A program made the position numbers and the translations under genes. From positions 1-55,787 of the IMG/VR virus record IMGVR_UViG_3300036852_000461: 55,787 nt of DNA, one strand, 5' to 3'. Below are positions 16,246-25,416 of this stretch, piece by piece (position 1 is the first letter of the stretch; every line of letters starts with the position of its first letter). This stretch comes from a virus. Its lineage: Duplodnaviria; Caudoviricetes. The notes beneath the pieces were generated by a model. It made no database searches. It had not been told where the DNA came from and saw only the letters and a program-made list of their open reading frames with translations.

Positions 16246-17690
16246 GCGAGCCGCTACGCGAAGCGATGAAGGCACTAGAGCGCGCAGAGGCGATCGTGCG
16301 TGACCTCCTGGCCGATGGTTCAGCATCATCGGACTCCGACCGTCAAGCCAACGATGTCGCGGCTATCGCGTACGAGCAGGGTCGCGAGGACGAGCGCGCC
16401 AACATCGGGAAGACGTGGGTTTACTATCGCTGTTCGCGGTGTGGGAAGGTTTCGCCACCCTACCAGCGTGAACCGGGCGACGATGCTCCCCCCAAGATCG
16501 AATGCCGTTGCTTCATAGGCGCGAAATGGGAGCGGGTCATCGTCGGTCAGTCGCTTCCTCAAACGGAAGTTCCCACAGAAACAGACGGCGGTAACGTCGA
16601 GCTCACAAGCAATCAGGGAGGCGACGGTGGACGAGGACGGACCGAGGAAGCGCGACCCGATAAGGATCACGCTCACGACGGCCGAGTTCCTGTACGTGAG
16701 GAACGGCCTGGCCGCGCTGATGAACAGCGGCTACCCGGAGGACGCGGTAGCGGAGATCCAAGCGCTGGACGCCCGGCTCAAAGAAGCGGCCGGCTACAGG
16801 AGCTAGGTGCGAGGACCGACGAGGGGGGTGGAGTCGCCGGGCGTGAGTGGCGATCCTCCACCACAGACCCCTCGTCAGTTGGCAGCAGCACGGTAGCACC
16901 GGCCAAGGACGGTCCCGAGGCAGAGCTGGGCGTGGCTCCCTCGGGGCCGTCTGAGTCCGGTCGCGAGGCAACCACCAGCGAAGTACCAGGAACGACCGGG
17001 TTGGTATCTGCGATCGCAGCCATCCTTGGGGAGCGCAAGACGCTGAACGCGAGCGGTGTCGAAGCGATCCGTAAGGTCCTTGGCGCTGCCGGTGTCCAGT
17101 CGGATGCCCCCTCAGCCAGCACGCTGACCAGGCCGGATACGTCCCTGAGTTCCGCTGATGTCTTCGTTAGTGTCCAATCAGACCTCCGTGAGTACGCTGA
17201 CCTCGCTGAACCGACGGGACCCGAGTGTGATCCGCCCCGAGCAGCGGAGGACCAATCCCCTGCCGTCTGGTTCTGCAAGATTGGTGAGGTCGAACGTGAG
17301 GCGCTTCCGAACGGTGCTGACCTTCCTTTGCGCCTCGCCGTGGAGCGGGCGTACCGCGAGCTGACAGGGCACGGCCCGACGTTCTGTTTCAGTGGTTGGA
17401 ACGGGACGCTAACAGAGCCAGAGCGGGCGGTAGTCGAGGACCGGGAGCCACACCGACCGGCTGACGGTCCATCAGCGGACGCCTACACGCAGAACATCGT
17501 GACGGCGGCGAGGGCGATGGTCGCTCACAAGAAGCTGACATGGGATTCGTGGGAGTACGAGTGCGCGAACTGCAACATGGGGCAATGCGATGTGTTCGGA
17601 GCGCTGTGGCGTGACCTACGAGAAGCGGTCGCTGACCACGCTCAAGCGACGGCGGTTACCTCGAACTCCGTGAGTCGGGAGAACACATGA
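16242..17690 (+). CDS. Mosaic hypothetical protein (fused modules)
   Basis: 482-aa frame with globular ends (CSRC; WFCKIG..GAD.P.R.AV..AY..TG...F.FSGW) and a low-complexity middle. Confidence 0.55.
   Translation: MSEPLREAMKALERAEAIVRDLLADGSASSDSDRQANDVAAIAYEQGREDERANIGKTWVYYRCSRCGKVSPPYQREPGDDAPPKIECRCFIGAKWERVIVGQSLPQTEVPTETDGGNVELTSNQGGDGGRGRTEEARPDKDHAHDGRVPVREERPGRADEQRLPGGRGSGDPSAGRPAQRSGRLQELGARTDEGGGVAGREWRSSTTDPSSVGSSTVAPAKDGPEAELGVAPSGPSESGREATTSEVPGTTGLVSAIAAILGERKTLNASGVEAIRKVLGAAGVQSDAPSASTLTRPDTSLSSADVFVSVQSDLREYADLAEPTGPECDPPRAAEDQSPAVWFCKIGEVEREALPNGADLPLRLAVERAYRELTGHGPTFCFSGWNGTLTEPERAVVEDREPHRPADGPSADAYTQNIVTAARAMVAHKKLTWDSWEYECANCNMGQCDVFGALWRDLREAVADHAQATAVTSNSVSRENT
16627..16806 (+). 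CDS. Nested 59-aa ORF in the +1 frame
   Basis: SD GGGAGG then GTG; protein-like MDEDGPRKRDPIRITLTTAEFLYVRNGLAALMNSGYPEDAVAEIQALDARLKEAAGYRS. Confidence 0.55.
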   Translation: MDEDGPRKRDPIRITLTTAEFLYVRNGLAALMNSGYPEDAVAEIQALDARLKEAAGYRS

Positions 17691-18004
17691 GCGAGACGGT
17701 GTATCTCCGAGGCGGGCCGCTCGATGGTATGACCATCCCAAAGGCGAACTTCTGCGGGAACGAGTCTCTGATGCTCGGCGGGATGCGGCTCGGTCGCTAC
17801 CGCAGCCTTCGTCCGATGGCGAGCGGCCAACGACAGGCTGAGTGGAGCGGGTTGGGGGACGCGTCCACGTCCTGCCCTGAGTGCGGCGGGAAACCGTGTT
17901 ACATGGGCCACACGGGCACCAAGCCGCCGGACGACGAAGGTCACATCGAGTCCGAGTTCGCTGACTATCGGGCGTCCGTTGTCGATGCAGGAGCGGAATC
18001 GTGA
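17687..18004 (+). CDS. Hypothetical protein
   Basis: LRGGPLDG start motif; CPECG. Confidence 0.65.
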   Translation: MSETVYLRGGPLDGMTIPKANFCGNESLMLGGMRLGRYRSLRPMASGQRQAEWSGLGDASTSCPECGGKPCYMGHTGTKPPDDEGHIESEFADYRASVVDAGAES

Positions 18005-18192
18005 GCGGCCCCTTGACGGTCTGCCGCGTCGATGACTTCCACCCCTACGAGTGCGACGGACCGGGGCTCTGCCCAAGGTGCCCGAAACCGAGGACCGATC
18101 TCGATGCTGGTTACGTTGCTCTCAAGTTGGCGCTCTTGGCCGACCGGAGGAAACGACCAGGGGACGACGTATCAGATGGCGGTGCGAAGTGA
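18001..18192 (+). CDS. Hypothetical protein
   Basis: GTGA-coupled. Confidence 0.55.
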   Translation: MSGPLTVCRVDDFHPYECDGPGLCPRCPKPRTDLDAGYVALKLALLADRRKRPGDDVSDGGAK

Positions 18193-18404
18193 GGCTCCGC
18201 GACCATCTTCGCGGCACGAAGGAGGTCCAGTGGCGCGGCAAGGCCATTGCCGTCATTGAAGAAGGGCGTCGTGTCCACGCATTCAAGTTGCTGCACGATG
18301 TTCATGTAGGCGTCTGTCGGAGCTTCGAGAGCTACTACGCCTATGCGATGGCCGACCGACAGGGCGACGCACTCGCGGATAGCGCAGGAGACGGCGATGC
18401 CTGA
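18189..18404 (+). CDS. Hypothetical protein
   Basis: GTGA-coupled. Confidence 0.55.
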   Translation: MRLRDHLRGTKEVQWRGKAIAVIEEGRRVHAFKLLHDVHVGVCRSFESYYAYAMADRQGDALADSAGDGDA

Positions 18405-18633
18405 CCGGCTCTATGAGCTTGTGCGACGTGCCTGCGACGAGCAGGACAGCACGGTGGAGATCATCATCGAACGCTCGCTGGACGTGCCGGCGGCCTCGCG
18501 GGTGAACGTCGAGGGCGACATGCTCTCGCTGACAATCGATGTGACCGACGCGCTGGCGGCGAGCATCGACGAGGAGGCGTTCGTGGAGTGGTTCCGGGAG
18601 AAGCTCGCGGACAGGGCAGGAGACGGCTCGTGA
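18397..18633 (+). CDS. Hypothetical protein
   Basis: SD AGGAG, GC3-biased. Confidence 0.65.
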   Translation: MPDRLYELVRRACDEQDSTVEIIIERSLDVPAASRVNVEGDMLSLTIDVTDALAASIDEEAFVEWFREKLADRAGDGS

Positions 18634-18914
18634 AGGTCGCCTACCGGGTTGAGCGCGTCTGTCCGAACGGATGGGAGGCGACCGGCGATCAGGACTGCGC
18701 GAACGGCGGCCATTTCTGCGACCGCAAGGCCGGACACGCCGGACGTTGTCGCTGTCCCTGCGGGACGACATCGACGACGAGGCCGCCGCCTGGATGGGTT
18801 GGGAGCGGACTCGCGGACCGAGGCGACAGTTTCGAGCTGGTCGGCGACCTCATCGACCATCCGGAGCCACGCCTGCCGTCATATCCCAGCAACGTAGACA
18901 GCCGGGAGGACTAG
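18630..18914 (+). CDS. Cys-rich hypothetical protein
   Basis: Coupled; C...GH.G.C.C.CG. Confidence 0.6.
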   Translation: MKVAYRVERVCPNGWEATGDQDCANGGHFCDRKAGHAGRCRCPCGTTSTTRPPPGWVGSGLADRGDSFELVGDLIDHPEPRLPSYPSNVDSRED

Positions 18915-19411
18915 TGGCGACGTACGCGAAGACGACGACCGTCAGCCCCGAGAAGTCGCGCATGGAGATCGAGCAGATTCTCACGCGCTATGGGGCCGAG
19001 AAGTTCATGTACGCCACCGAGCCGGGTCGAGCGATGGTCATGTTCGAGATCAAGGACCGAACCGTTCGCTTCGTCATCCCGATCCCCGCCGCGTCCGACT
19101 TCGCTCGCTTCAAGACCTCCGACGGGTACACGAGAACCCGCACGGCCAAGCAGCGGGACGATGCCTGGGCGCAGGAGCTTCGCCGCCGCTGGCGTGCGCT
19201 CTGCCTGTGCATCAAGGCTCGCCTTGAGGGCGTCGAGAGCGGCATAGAAACGCTCGAAGAGGCGTTCCTGGCCCACATGGTGCTCACGGATGGCAGGAGC
19301 TTCGCAGAGTGGGCTACACCGCAGCTCGCGGCGCTTGGAACGACCATGCCGCCGATGCTTCCTGGTGAGGTGGAGGCCGAGATCATCGACATCGAGGAGG
19401 CGCGGAGTTGA
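18914..19411 (+). CDS. Hypothetical phage protein
   Basis: YA..TTV..EKSR.EIE..L.RYGA...RRRWRAL.L.IKA.LE.VESGI.T.EE.FLAH; SD GGAGG. Confidence 0.8.
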   Translation: MATYAKTTTVSPEKSRMEIEQILTRYGAEKFMYATEPGRAMVMFEIKDRTVRFVIPIPAASDFARFKTSDGYTRTRTAKQRDDAWAQELRRRWRALCLCIKARLEGVESGIETLEEAFLAHMVLTDGRSFAEWATPQLAALGTTMPPMLPGEVEAEIIDIEEARS

Positions 19412-19454
19412 GCGTCATGCACTCAAGGCGAGCCGTCTCTCAGGAAACGGACGC

Positions 19455-19748
19455 ATGACTGAGGCGCTCTTGACCATGAAGGTTTGGTGGCACGATTTGA
19501 GCAAGGACCAGCGCCAGCAGGTTTTGGATTGGGCTACCAGTGAGGGAGTGCCTACGAGACGAACGTTCGCCCTTCTGTTCGGAGAAGGGCGTTGCACGGT
19601 CTTCGCCTACGACGAGCCGCTGAGGATGAATCTGATTCGCACCGGGGCTGTCGAGGCGGAGCCGAAAGTCTTTCGCACGAAAACCCCGCCACCTCTCGAC
19701 GCCCTTCGAGTGGTCATCGCCAACATGCAGGGGGAGGCGCACATCTGA
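19455..19748 (+). CDS. Hypothetical protein
   Basis: TGATG-coupled to the replication gene. Confidence 0.6.
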   Translation: MTEALLTMKVWWHDLSKDQRQQVLDWATSEGVPTRRTFALLFGEGRCTVFAYDEPLRMNLIRTGAVEAEPKVFRTKTPPPLDALRVVIANMQGEAHI

Positions 19749-20446
19749 TGGCGCGTATCCGCTCGGTCAAACCGGACTTCTTTCGGTCGCGCAAGATTCG
19801 GTCGCTCCCGTACGAGGCGCGCTGGCTGTTCGAAGCGATGTGGACGGAGTCCGACGATCCAAATGGGGTGATGCCGTGCACCGCGGCGATGCTGCGAGGG
19901 ATGTTCTTCGACACCGACCCGAAGGCCACTGAGAGAAAGGTCGAGGGCTGGATCAAGATGCTCGAGGCGAAGAAACTCCTGATCCTCTACGAGGTGGATG
20001 GACAGCGGTACTCGAAGATCACGGGATGGCACCACCAGCGCATAAACAAGCCGCAGGAGGCGAAGTATCCCCCGCCCCCGCCGGACACCCTGTTCCCACT
20101 GGATTCCGTGAACGGTTCCGGGACCGGTTCCGGGAGTCATTCCGGGACCGATTCCGGGAATAGGTCCAGGACCCATTCATCGCGTGGATTAAGGAAGGGA
20201 TTAAGGAAGGGAGAAAAGCAAGATCAAGATCTTGACTCTGGACTCATCGACCAAGAGCACGAACTACAGTCCGCGCCTCCCGACTGCTCGGATCCACCGG
20301 TCCAACCGCTGAAGATCGAACCCGGCTCGATCGAGGAACGAGCGGTATCTGTGCTGGTCAGCCACGGAAAGACACACGACGGAGCCGTGGAGACGGTCGC
20401 GGCCATCGGTGCCGAAGCCGTGCTGCAGAGCCTGGAGGCGTCGTGA
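19748..20446 (+). CDS. Phage replication initiator
   Basis: MARIRSVKPDFF.S.KI...ARWLF.....DD..G...Y.VDG..Y..I.GW.HQRINKP; contains iteron-like repeats. Confidence 0.85.
   Translation: MARIRSVKPDFFRSRKIRSLPYEARWLFEAMWTESDDPNGVMPCTAAMLRGMFFDTDPKATERKVEGWIKMLEAKKLLILYEVDGQRYSKITGWHHQRINKPQEAKYPPPPPDTLFPLDSVNGSGTGSGSHSGTDSGNRSRTHSSRGLRKGLRKGEKQDQDLDSGLIDQEHELQSAPPDCSDPPVQPLKIEPGSIEERAVSVLVSHGKTHDGAVETVAAIGAEAVLQSLEAS
20102..20211 (+). repeat. Iteron-like tandem 12-mers (probable replication origin)
   Basis: Six degenerate NNTTCCGGGANN units at 20102-20173, then GGATTAAGGAAG twice. Confidence 0.7.
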
Positions 20447-20814
20447 CGCGCGACGAAGCGACGGCGCTGGTCAGACGGCTGAGCGCGTTCTTCCCGCCGG
20501 CGGTCCCGGACGTTACGATCTCCGCGTACTCGGAGCGTCTCGTGCGGTTCAGGCACAGCACCGTGGTCGATATCGTCGAGCGCTGGATCGACAACGAGAA
20601 CCACTTCCCGGCGTGGTCAGAGCTGCGCAAACTGGTGATGCGGATGCCGAGATCGCTGTCCGAACAGGCGAGCCAGACGTCGAGCATCGTGCGTGAGATC
20701 GAGTCGGCAGATTCACCAGAGAAGGCTCGTGCGGTGCTCGACCGTCACGAGAAAACGAGCGGTTCTTCGAAGGAAAATCGCGAAACAGTGAGAACTTCTG
20801 TGTCGGAGTCGTAG
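20443..20814 (+). CDS. Helicase loader/inhibitor-like protein (G39P-like)
   Basis: MTRDEA..LV..L.A.FP...W......FP...ELR, directly after the initiator. Confidence 0.6.
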   Translation: MTRDEATALVRRLSAFFPPAVPDVTISAYSERLVRFRHSTVVDIVERWIDNENHFPAWSELRKLVMRMPRSLSEQASQTSSIVREIESADSPEKARAVLDRHEKTSGSSKENRETVRTSVSES

Positions 20815-20901
20815 GGCTGTTCGTGAGGGAAGTCGAGAAGAAAGTTTCCAGGAAATGCGAATATTCCGAGGATACCCAGACGACGGTCGTAGGCTGAGGT
20901 C

Positions 20902-21402
20902 ATGGCGCGGCGCGAGTACAGCGACGAGGAGAAGGCCAAGGCGCTCGAGTTGCTGCGCGATGTATCGCTCTCGTACTATGAGGTCAGGGACAAGACGGGC
21001 GTTCCGGTGGGGACGCTGCACTCCTGGGCGAGGGCGAACGACATCGAGAGACGTTCGGACCCGAAACAAACGCGCGCAGCGACTGAGCGGCGCATCGAGC
21101 GCCTGGCCGCCAAACGGGAGGCGCTCACCGAGAAGATGTTCGACGTTGCGGACCTATTCGTGGATAAGGCCTCCGACTTGGCCGAGGGCGTCGTCGAGGT
21201 GAGGGAAGGCGTGTTCATCTCCGGCGGACGCGACGCGCGAGAGTTGATGACGGCGGCTGCGATCGCCATCGACAAGGGCCGGTTGGAGCTAGGGGAGGCG
21301 ACGTCGGTCAACGAGACCCGTGGCGACGCCGGCCGGGCCCGGACCACCGTCGAGCAAGCACTGGATGAGTTGGCTGCCAAGCGCAAGGCGAAGGCGTCGT
21401 GA
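20902..21402 (+). CDS. terS: Terminase small subunit (HTH)
   Basis: YSDEEKAKAL...TGVPVGTLHSW HTH, IAIDK..L..GEATS; upstream of terL. Confidence 0.75.
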   Translation: MARREYSDEEKAKALELLRDVSLSYYEVRDKTGVPVGTLHSWARANDIERRSDPKQTRAATERRIERLAAKREALTEKMFDVADLFVDKASDLAEGVVEVREGVFISGGRDARELMTAAAIAIDKGRLELGEATSVNETRGDAGRARTTVEQALDELAAKRKAKAS

Positions 21403-21668
21403 TCCGCCCCATGGCGCTGCTGTGCGAGCAACTCGGCGAGTCCGCTGATCGAGTCGATATCGAGGCGTATCACATGGCTGTGTCGGTCGAGGACTCAAGT
21501 GGCCCGACACCACTGTTCGGAGACCTCAATGCCTTCGTCGTGATGGCACGCAAGGGCCTCGTGATGTTCATGCGTGTCGTCCCGCCGAGCGTCATCGACG
21601 ACGAGGGTGTGTTGGTCGCGTTCGGGCAGATGCTGCACGGGGACCTCGTCCGTGCCGTCGCTGGCTGA
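21399..21668 (+). CDS. Hypothetical protein
   Basis: GTGA-coupled, between terS and terL. Confidence 0.55.
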   Translation: MIRPMALLCEQLGESADRVDIEAYHMAVSVEDSSGPTPLFGDLNAFVVMARKGLVMFMRVVPPSVIDDEGVLVAFGQMLHGDLVRAVAG

Positions 21669-22989
21669 ACGTCTCGCGGATCTCGACACCGACGACCGTC
21701 ACGCCGTCCTAGAGTTGCTCGACCCCGACGACCGGGAGGCGCTCTTGCGCGACTGGTCGTTCTGGGCGCGCCCCGAACAGCTCCTGCCGGATGACTTCGA
21801 GACGATCTGGCTCGGGGGCGGCCGCGGCTCAGGCAAGACGCGAGCCGGGGCAGAGGGCGCGGCCCAGCTTGCGCGCCAACACCCAGACGTCGACGGTGCC
21901 GTCGTCGCTCCGACGTTCCAGGCGGATGCGCTGCGCAAGTGCGTGGAGGGCGAGAGCGGCTTGCTGCGCGCGCTCGGTGGTGTAGGTGGTCCGCATGTCC
22001 GTGCGTTCAACCGTTCCGAGGGCGTTATCTACCTCCGCAGCGGTGCGTCGATCTTCGCGACGGGTTCGGACAATGGTGCCGTCCGGGTGCAAGGCGAGAA
22101 CCTCGGCTGGTGTTGGGTGGACGAGCCCGGCTTGTGGAAACGCACCACTTGGAAGCTCGCTTGGGAGGAATCGATCCAGTTCGCGGTGCGTCGGGCGCCG
22201 GCGAAGAAGATCGTGACGGGCACCCCGAAGGCTGGCCATCCGCTCGTGAAGCTACTCGACGAGGATCCGACCGTGGTGAAGGTCCGGATGCGTACAGCCG
22301 ACAACTTCGCGAACCTCGACACCGATTGGGTGACCAAGATCATCGCGAAGTACGACGGCACGCGTCTGGGCGCGCAGGAACTTGACGGCGTCCTGATCCC
22401 CGAAGTCGAGGGCGCGCTATGGCTGTGGGTGTGGATCGAGCGCAACCGCTGGAAGCTCGCCGCTCCCCCGCCCCTGCTGCGTGTCGTGGTTGGGTGCGAC
22501 CCCTCTGGTGGTGCCAACGAGATCGGCATCGTGGGAGCCGGGCGCATCATCTCGCCGTGTCCGTGTGGGGGCGAGGATGAGCACGGCGCGCACTTCGCGG
22601 TGCTGGACGACCGCTCGCTCGTGGCTTCGCCGGAACGCTGGGGGCGCACGACGATCGACCTCTACGACGAGCTCGAGGGAGACCGCGTCATCGCGGAGCG
22701 CAACTTCGGTGGGGACATGGTCGAGTCCACGATCAGGGTGGCCGACCCGACTGTTCCGGTGAAGGTCATCACCGCTTCGAGGGGCAAGACCCAACGCGCC
22801 GAGCCCATCTCGGCCCTGTACGAACAGAACCGGGTTCACCACGTCGGCGTCTTCGCCGAGCTTGAGACGGAGTACACCTCGTGGGTGCCGGGCGACGACT
22901 GGTCGCCCAACAGACTCGACGCCGGCGTCTGGGCCCTGACCGAGCTGCTCGGCCCGCAGAGCAAGATGCCCCGCTACCGCGTGCGCTGA
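21652..22989 (+). CDS. terL: Terminase large subunit
   Basis: Walker A GGRGSGKTRAGAE, Walker B WVDE, TGTP, nuclease VGCDP, ERNFGG, SPNRLDA.VW. Confidence 0.95.
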   Translation: MPSLAERLADLDTDDRHAVLELLDPDDREALLRDWSFWARPEQLLPDDFETIWLGGGRGSGKTRAGAEGAAQLARQHPDVDGAVVAPTFQADALRKCVEGESGLLRALGGVGGPHVRAFNRSEGVIYLRSGASIFATGSDNGAVRVQGENLGWCWVDEPGLWKRTTWKLAWEESIQFAVRRAPAKKIVTGTPKAGHPLVKLLDEDPTVVKVRMRTADNFANLDTDWVTKIIAKYDGTRLGAQELDGVLIPEVEGALWLWVWIERNRWKLAAPPPLLRVVVGCDPSGGANEIGIVGAGRIISPCPCGGEDEHGAHFAVLDDRSLVASPERWGRTTIDLYDELEGDRVIAERNFGGDMVESTIRVADPTVPVKVITASRGKTQRAEPISALYEQNRVHHVGVFAELETEYTSWVPGDDWSPNRLDAGVWALTELLGPQSKMPRYRVR

Positions 22990-22993
22990 TTCG

Positions 22994-23022
22994 TTCCCAC
23001 CGTCCCGGCGCGGGGGTACGCT
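22994..23022 (+). promoter_or_regulatory. Putative promoter of the head operon
   Basis: TTCCCA-17-TACGCT; same -10 hexamer as the promoters at 35370 and 41455. Confidence 0.5.
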
Positions 23023-23062
23023 CGTCGCGACCGGATGTCAACGAACTGCGAGGCGGTAGCAG

Positions 23063-23230
23063 GTGGCTGAGCGCTACGCGCGCGTCATCACGTGGGTGCA
23101 GATCGTCTGCGCTGCGGCGACTGTCGTCTCGTCGGCGCTGGCTGGTTTCCTCATCTCGCCGGCGGGCGGCTTCCTCGGCATCGCCACATCGAGCTTCGCG
23201 CTGTTCCTCGTGGCGGTCGTCTACGCGTGA
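23063..23230 (+). CDS. Small membrane protein (55 aa, not in ORF track)
   Basis: Two hydrophobic helices; GTGA-coupled to the portal. Confidence 0.65.
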   Translation: MAERYARVITWVQIVCAAATVVSSALAGFLISPAGGFLGIATSSFALFLVAVVYA

Positions 23231-25416
23231 GCCTGCTGCCGGCGCTGCGCTCTGCAGCTGAGCCTGAGACCAAGGCGGCGACGTCGAGCACGCCGTTTCT
23301 TCCCCAGAGCCGCCAGGGCCGTCCTTACCGCGACGACTGGGACATCGAGCGAGCGATCCGCGACGGCTACAAGCGCATCACGTGGGTGTTCCGGGCCGTG
23401 CACATCCGAGCGACCAAGAGCGCGGGGCTGCCCCTGGTCATGCGCAAGGATGATCCCGAGACCGGCGACGAGGTCCCGCACAACTTGCTGCCGCTGCTCA
23501 ACGCCTATCCGAACGACGAGGAGTCGGCCTACGTCTTCCGCTACCGTCTGTCGGCACAGGTCGACCTCAACCGCCGCGGAGCGTTCGTGGAGATCCAGCG
23601 CGCGCGTCTGGGAAGCGACGCTGTGGCGCTGCGGCTGCTGCCGTCCACGACCGTGCCCGTCCCGGGAACCGGCGGTGCGTTCCTCGATCGCTTCGAGGTG
23701 ATGCTCGAGGGTCGCAAGGTCAAAGAGCTGGCACCCTCCGATGTCGTGTGGGTCCGCCATCCGCATCCGACCGACCCGTACGGCGGGATGACGCCGCTCG
23801 AGGCCGCCGGCATCGCCGTGGACAGCGAGTGGCTGGCCAAGCTCTTTCAGCGGTCGTTCATGCAGAACAACGCTGCGCTCGGAAAGCTCGTGCTCGTCGC
23901 CGGCGCCGAGAACATCCAGGAGTTGCAGGCGCGCTTCGACGCGCGCAGCGGCCCCGCTCAGTCCGGACGAACGGTCGTGCTCGAAGCCTCGGCCATGGAC
24001 GACGACGGTCCGACCGGGAAACTCGGTGGCGTGAACGTCATCGACATGTCGGCCTCCCCGAGGGAAGCCTCGTTCATCGAGATGCGCAAGTACACCAAGG
24101 AAGAGATCTTCGGTGCCTACGGCGTGGCCATCTCGATCGGTGTAGCCAACGCGGCAGATAGAACGTTCGACAACGCCGGGGTTGAAGAACTCGGCTTCTG
24201 GCGACACACGATGATCGACCACTGTCGCCTGCTCGACCGGCCGTGGGACCGCATCGACGGCGACCCGTCCACGTTCCTCGCCCACGACTTCTCCTCGGTG
24301 TGGGTGCTGCAGCGCGACGAGGTCGAGCGTGAGAACCATTTGCTCGAACAGGTCAAGGAACGAGTGCTTGTGCCCGATGAGTTCCGTAAGGAGGTTGGTC
24401 GCGAGCCGTTCGCGCAAGGCGGCGACGTCGCCCTCGCCTCTATCACCCTCTACCCCGTCGCCTCCATCACCCCGGACGCCATCGGCGCGTCGACGTCGGG
24501 TGCGAAGTCGGCCTCAGCGGACAGCGACCTGGTGACGTGGGGTCCGTTCCGCGTCGATGCCAAGCGGCTGTCGTCACGTCGCGCGGAGCGCCTGCGGCAG
24601 ATCACCTCGTGGGAGAAGCAGGCCAAGCGCATCACCGTGCGCTTCTTCGATCGCCAGGAGCGCACGGTCGTCGAGAAGCTTCGTGGCCGCAAGGCGCGCG
24701 AGGGCACACGGCATTGGCGCATCGACGGAGCCGAGCCCAAGGTGCCCGCGATCGTCGGCGGTGACGGCACGAAGGTCATCGCGGTCGATGACATCTTCGA
24801 CATCGACCGTTGGAACGAGCAGCTCGTGGCCGATCTCGGCGGCGTGGTGCAGTCGGTCGTCGAGCACTTCGGCGAGGACGCCTACGACGCCATCACCTCG
24901 GCCAAGACGGCCGTGGCCACCGAGACCAAGGCGGAGGGCGGGTTCGATCCGTCTTCGCGCGCCGTCACGCAGTTCATCCTGAACCGGCAGAACAAGATCA
25001 CCGGTGTGAACGACACCACCTACGCCGCCATCGTCGACGCGCTGGCCGAAGGGGAAGCGGCGGGCGCGACGATCGACGGACTGGCCGATCTCGTCACGGC
25101 GGTGTTCGACCAGGCCCGCGGGTATCGGGCCGAGACGATCGCGCGCACGGAGGTCGTGAGCGCAGCCAATGCGGGTGCGAAGGAAGGCGCCGTGCAGTCG
25201 GGAGTCGTCGAGACGCAGTCGTGGCTTGCGACCGAGGACGAGCGCACGCGCGAGACACACGCCGAGGCCGACGGGCAGACGGTCGGCTTGGACGAGACGT
25301 TCACGGTGGGCGATGCGGAACTCGCCTACCCCGGTGATCCGGACGGGCCGCCCGAGGAGACCATCGCATGTAGGTGCTCAATCACTTTTGGAACAGACGA
25401 AGGGCCGATTCTCTAA
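23227..25416 (+). CDS. Portal protein fused to a MuF/SPP1-gp7 head morphogenesis domain
   Basis: HK97-type portal motifs (WV.RAV...A, G.AF, PYGG.PL, G..VLE, EI..AYGV); C-terminal RAETIARTE..W.AT.DERTR.TH...DG...PGDP.....CRC. Confidence 0.9.
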   Translation: MSLLPALRSAAEPETKAATSSTPFLPQSRQGRPYRDDWDIERAIRDGYKRITWVFRAVHIRATKSAGLPLVMRKDDPETGDEVPHNLLPLLNAYPNDEESAYVFRYRLSAQVDLNRRGAFVEIQRARLGSDAVALRLLPSTTVPVPGTGGAFLDRFEVMLEGRKVKELAPSDVVWVRHPHPTDPYGGMTPLEAAGIAVDSEWLAKLFQRSFMQNNAALGKLVLVAGAENIQELQARFDARSGPAQSGRTVVLEASAMDDDGPTGKLGGVNVIDMSASPREASFIEMRKYTKEEIFGAYGVAISIGVANAADRTFDNAGVEELGFWRHTMIDHCRLLDRPWDRIDGDPSTFLAHDFSSVWVLQRDEVERENHLLEQVKERVLVPDEFRKEVGREPFAQGGDVALASITLYPVASITPDAIGASTSGAKSASADSDLVTWGPFRVDAKRLSSRRAERLRQITSWEKQAKRITVRFFDRQERTVVEKLRGRKAREGTRHWRIDGAEPKVPAIVGGDGTKVIAVDDIFDIDRWNEQLVADLGGVVQSVVEHFGEDAYDAITSAKTAVATETKAEGGFDPSSRAVTQFILNRQNKITGVNDTTYAAIVDALAEGEAAGATIDGLADLVTAVFDQARGYRAETIARTEVVSAANAGAKEGAVQSGVVETQSWLATEDERTRETHAEADGQTVGLDETFTVGDAELAYPGDPDGPPEETIACRCSITFGTDEGPIL

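Noticed and set aside
17091-17202. Degenerate duplication GTGTCCARTCRGA...ACGCTGACC
   Set aside because: Short and imperfect, and the minus-strand ORFs are unconvincing; probably a module-junction scar.
17309-17325. Fifth GGTGCTGACC
   Set aside because: Inside a coding domain (PNGADLP); weak stem, with no A(G/A)GCGA, promoter or SD.
13913-18627. GCAGG(G)AGACGGC before starts at 13926, 18397 and 18630
   Set aside because: Largely explained by the Shine-Dalgarno consensus.
20815-20901. cos/pac site upstream of terS
   Set aside because: Position and AT content are suggestive, but no diagnostic sequence; needs read-end analysis.
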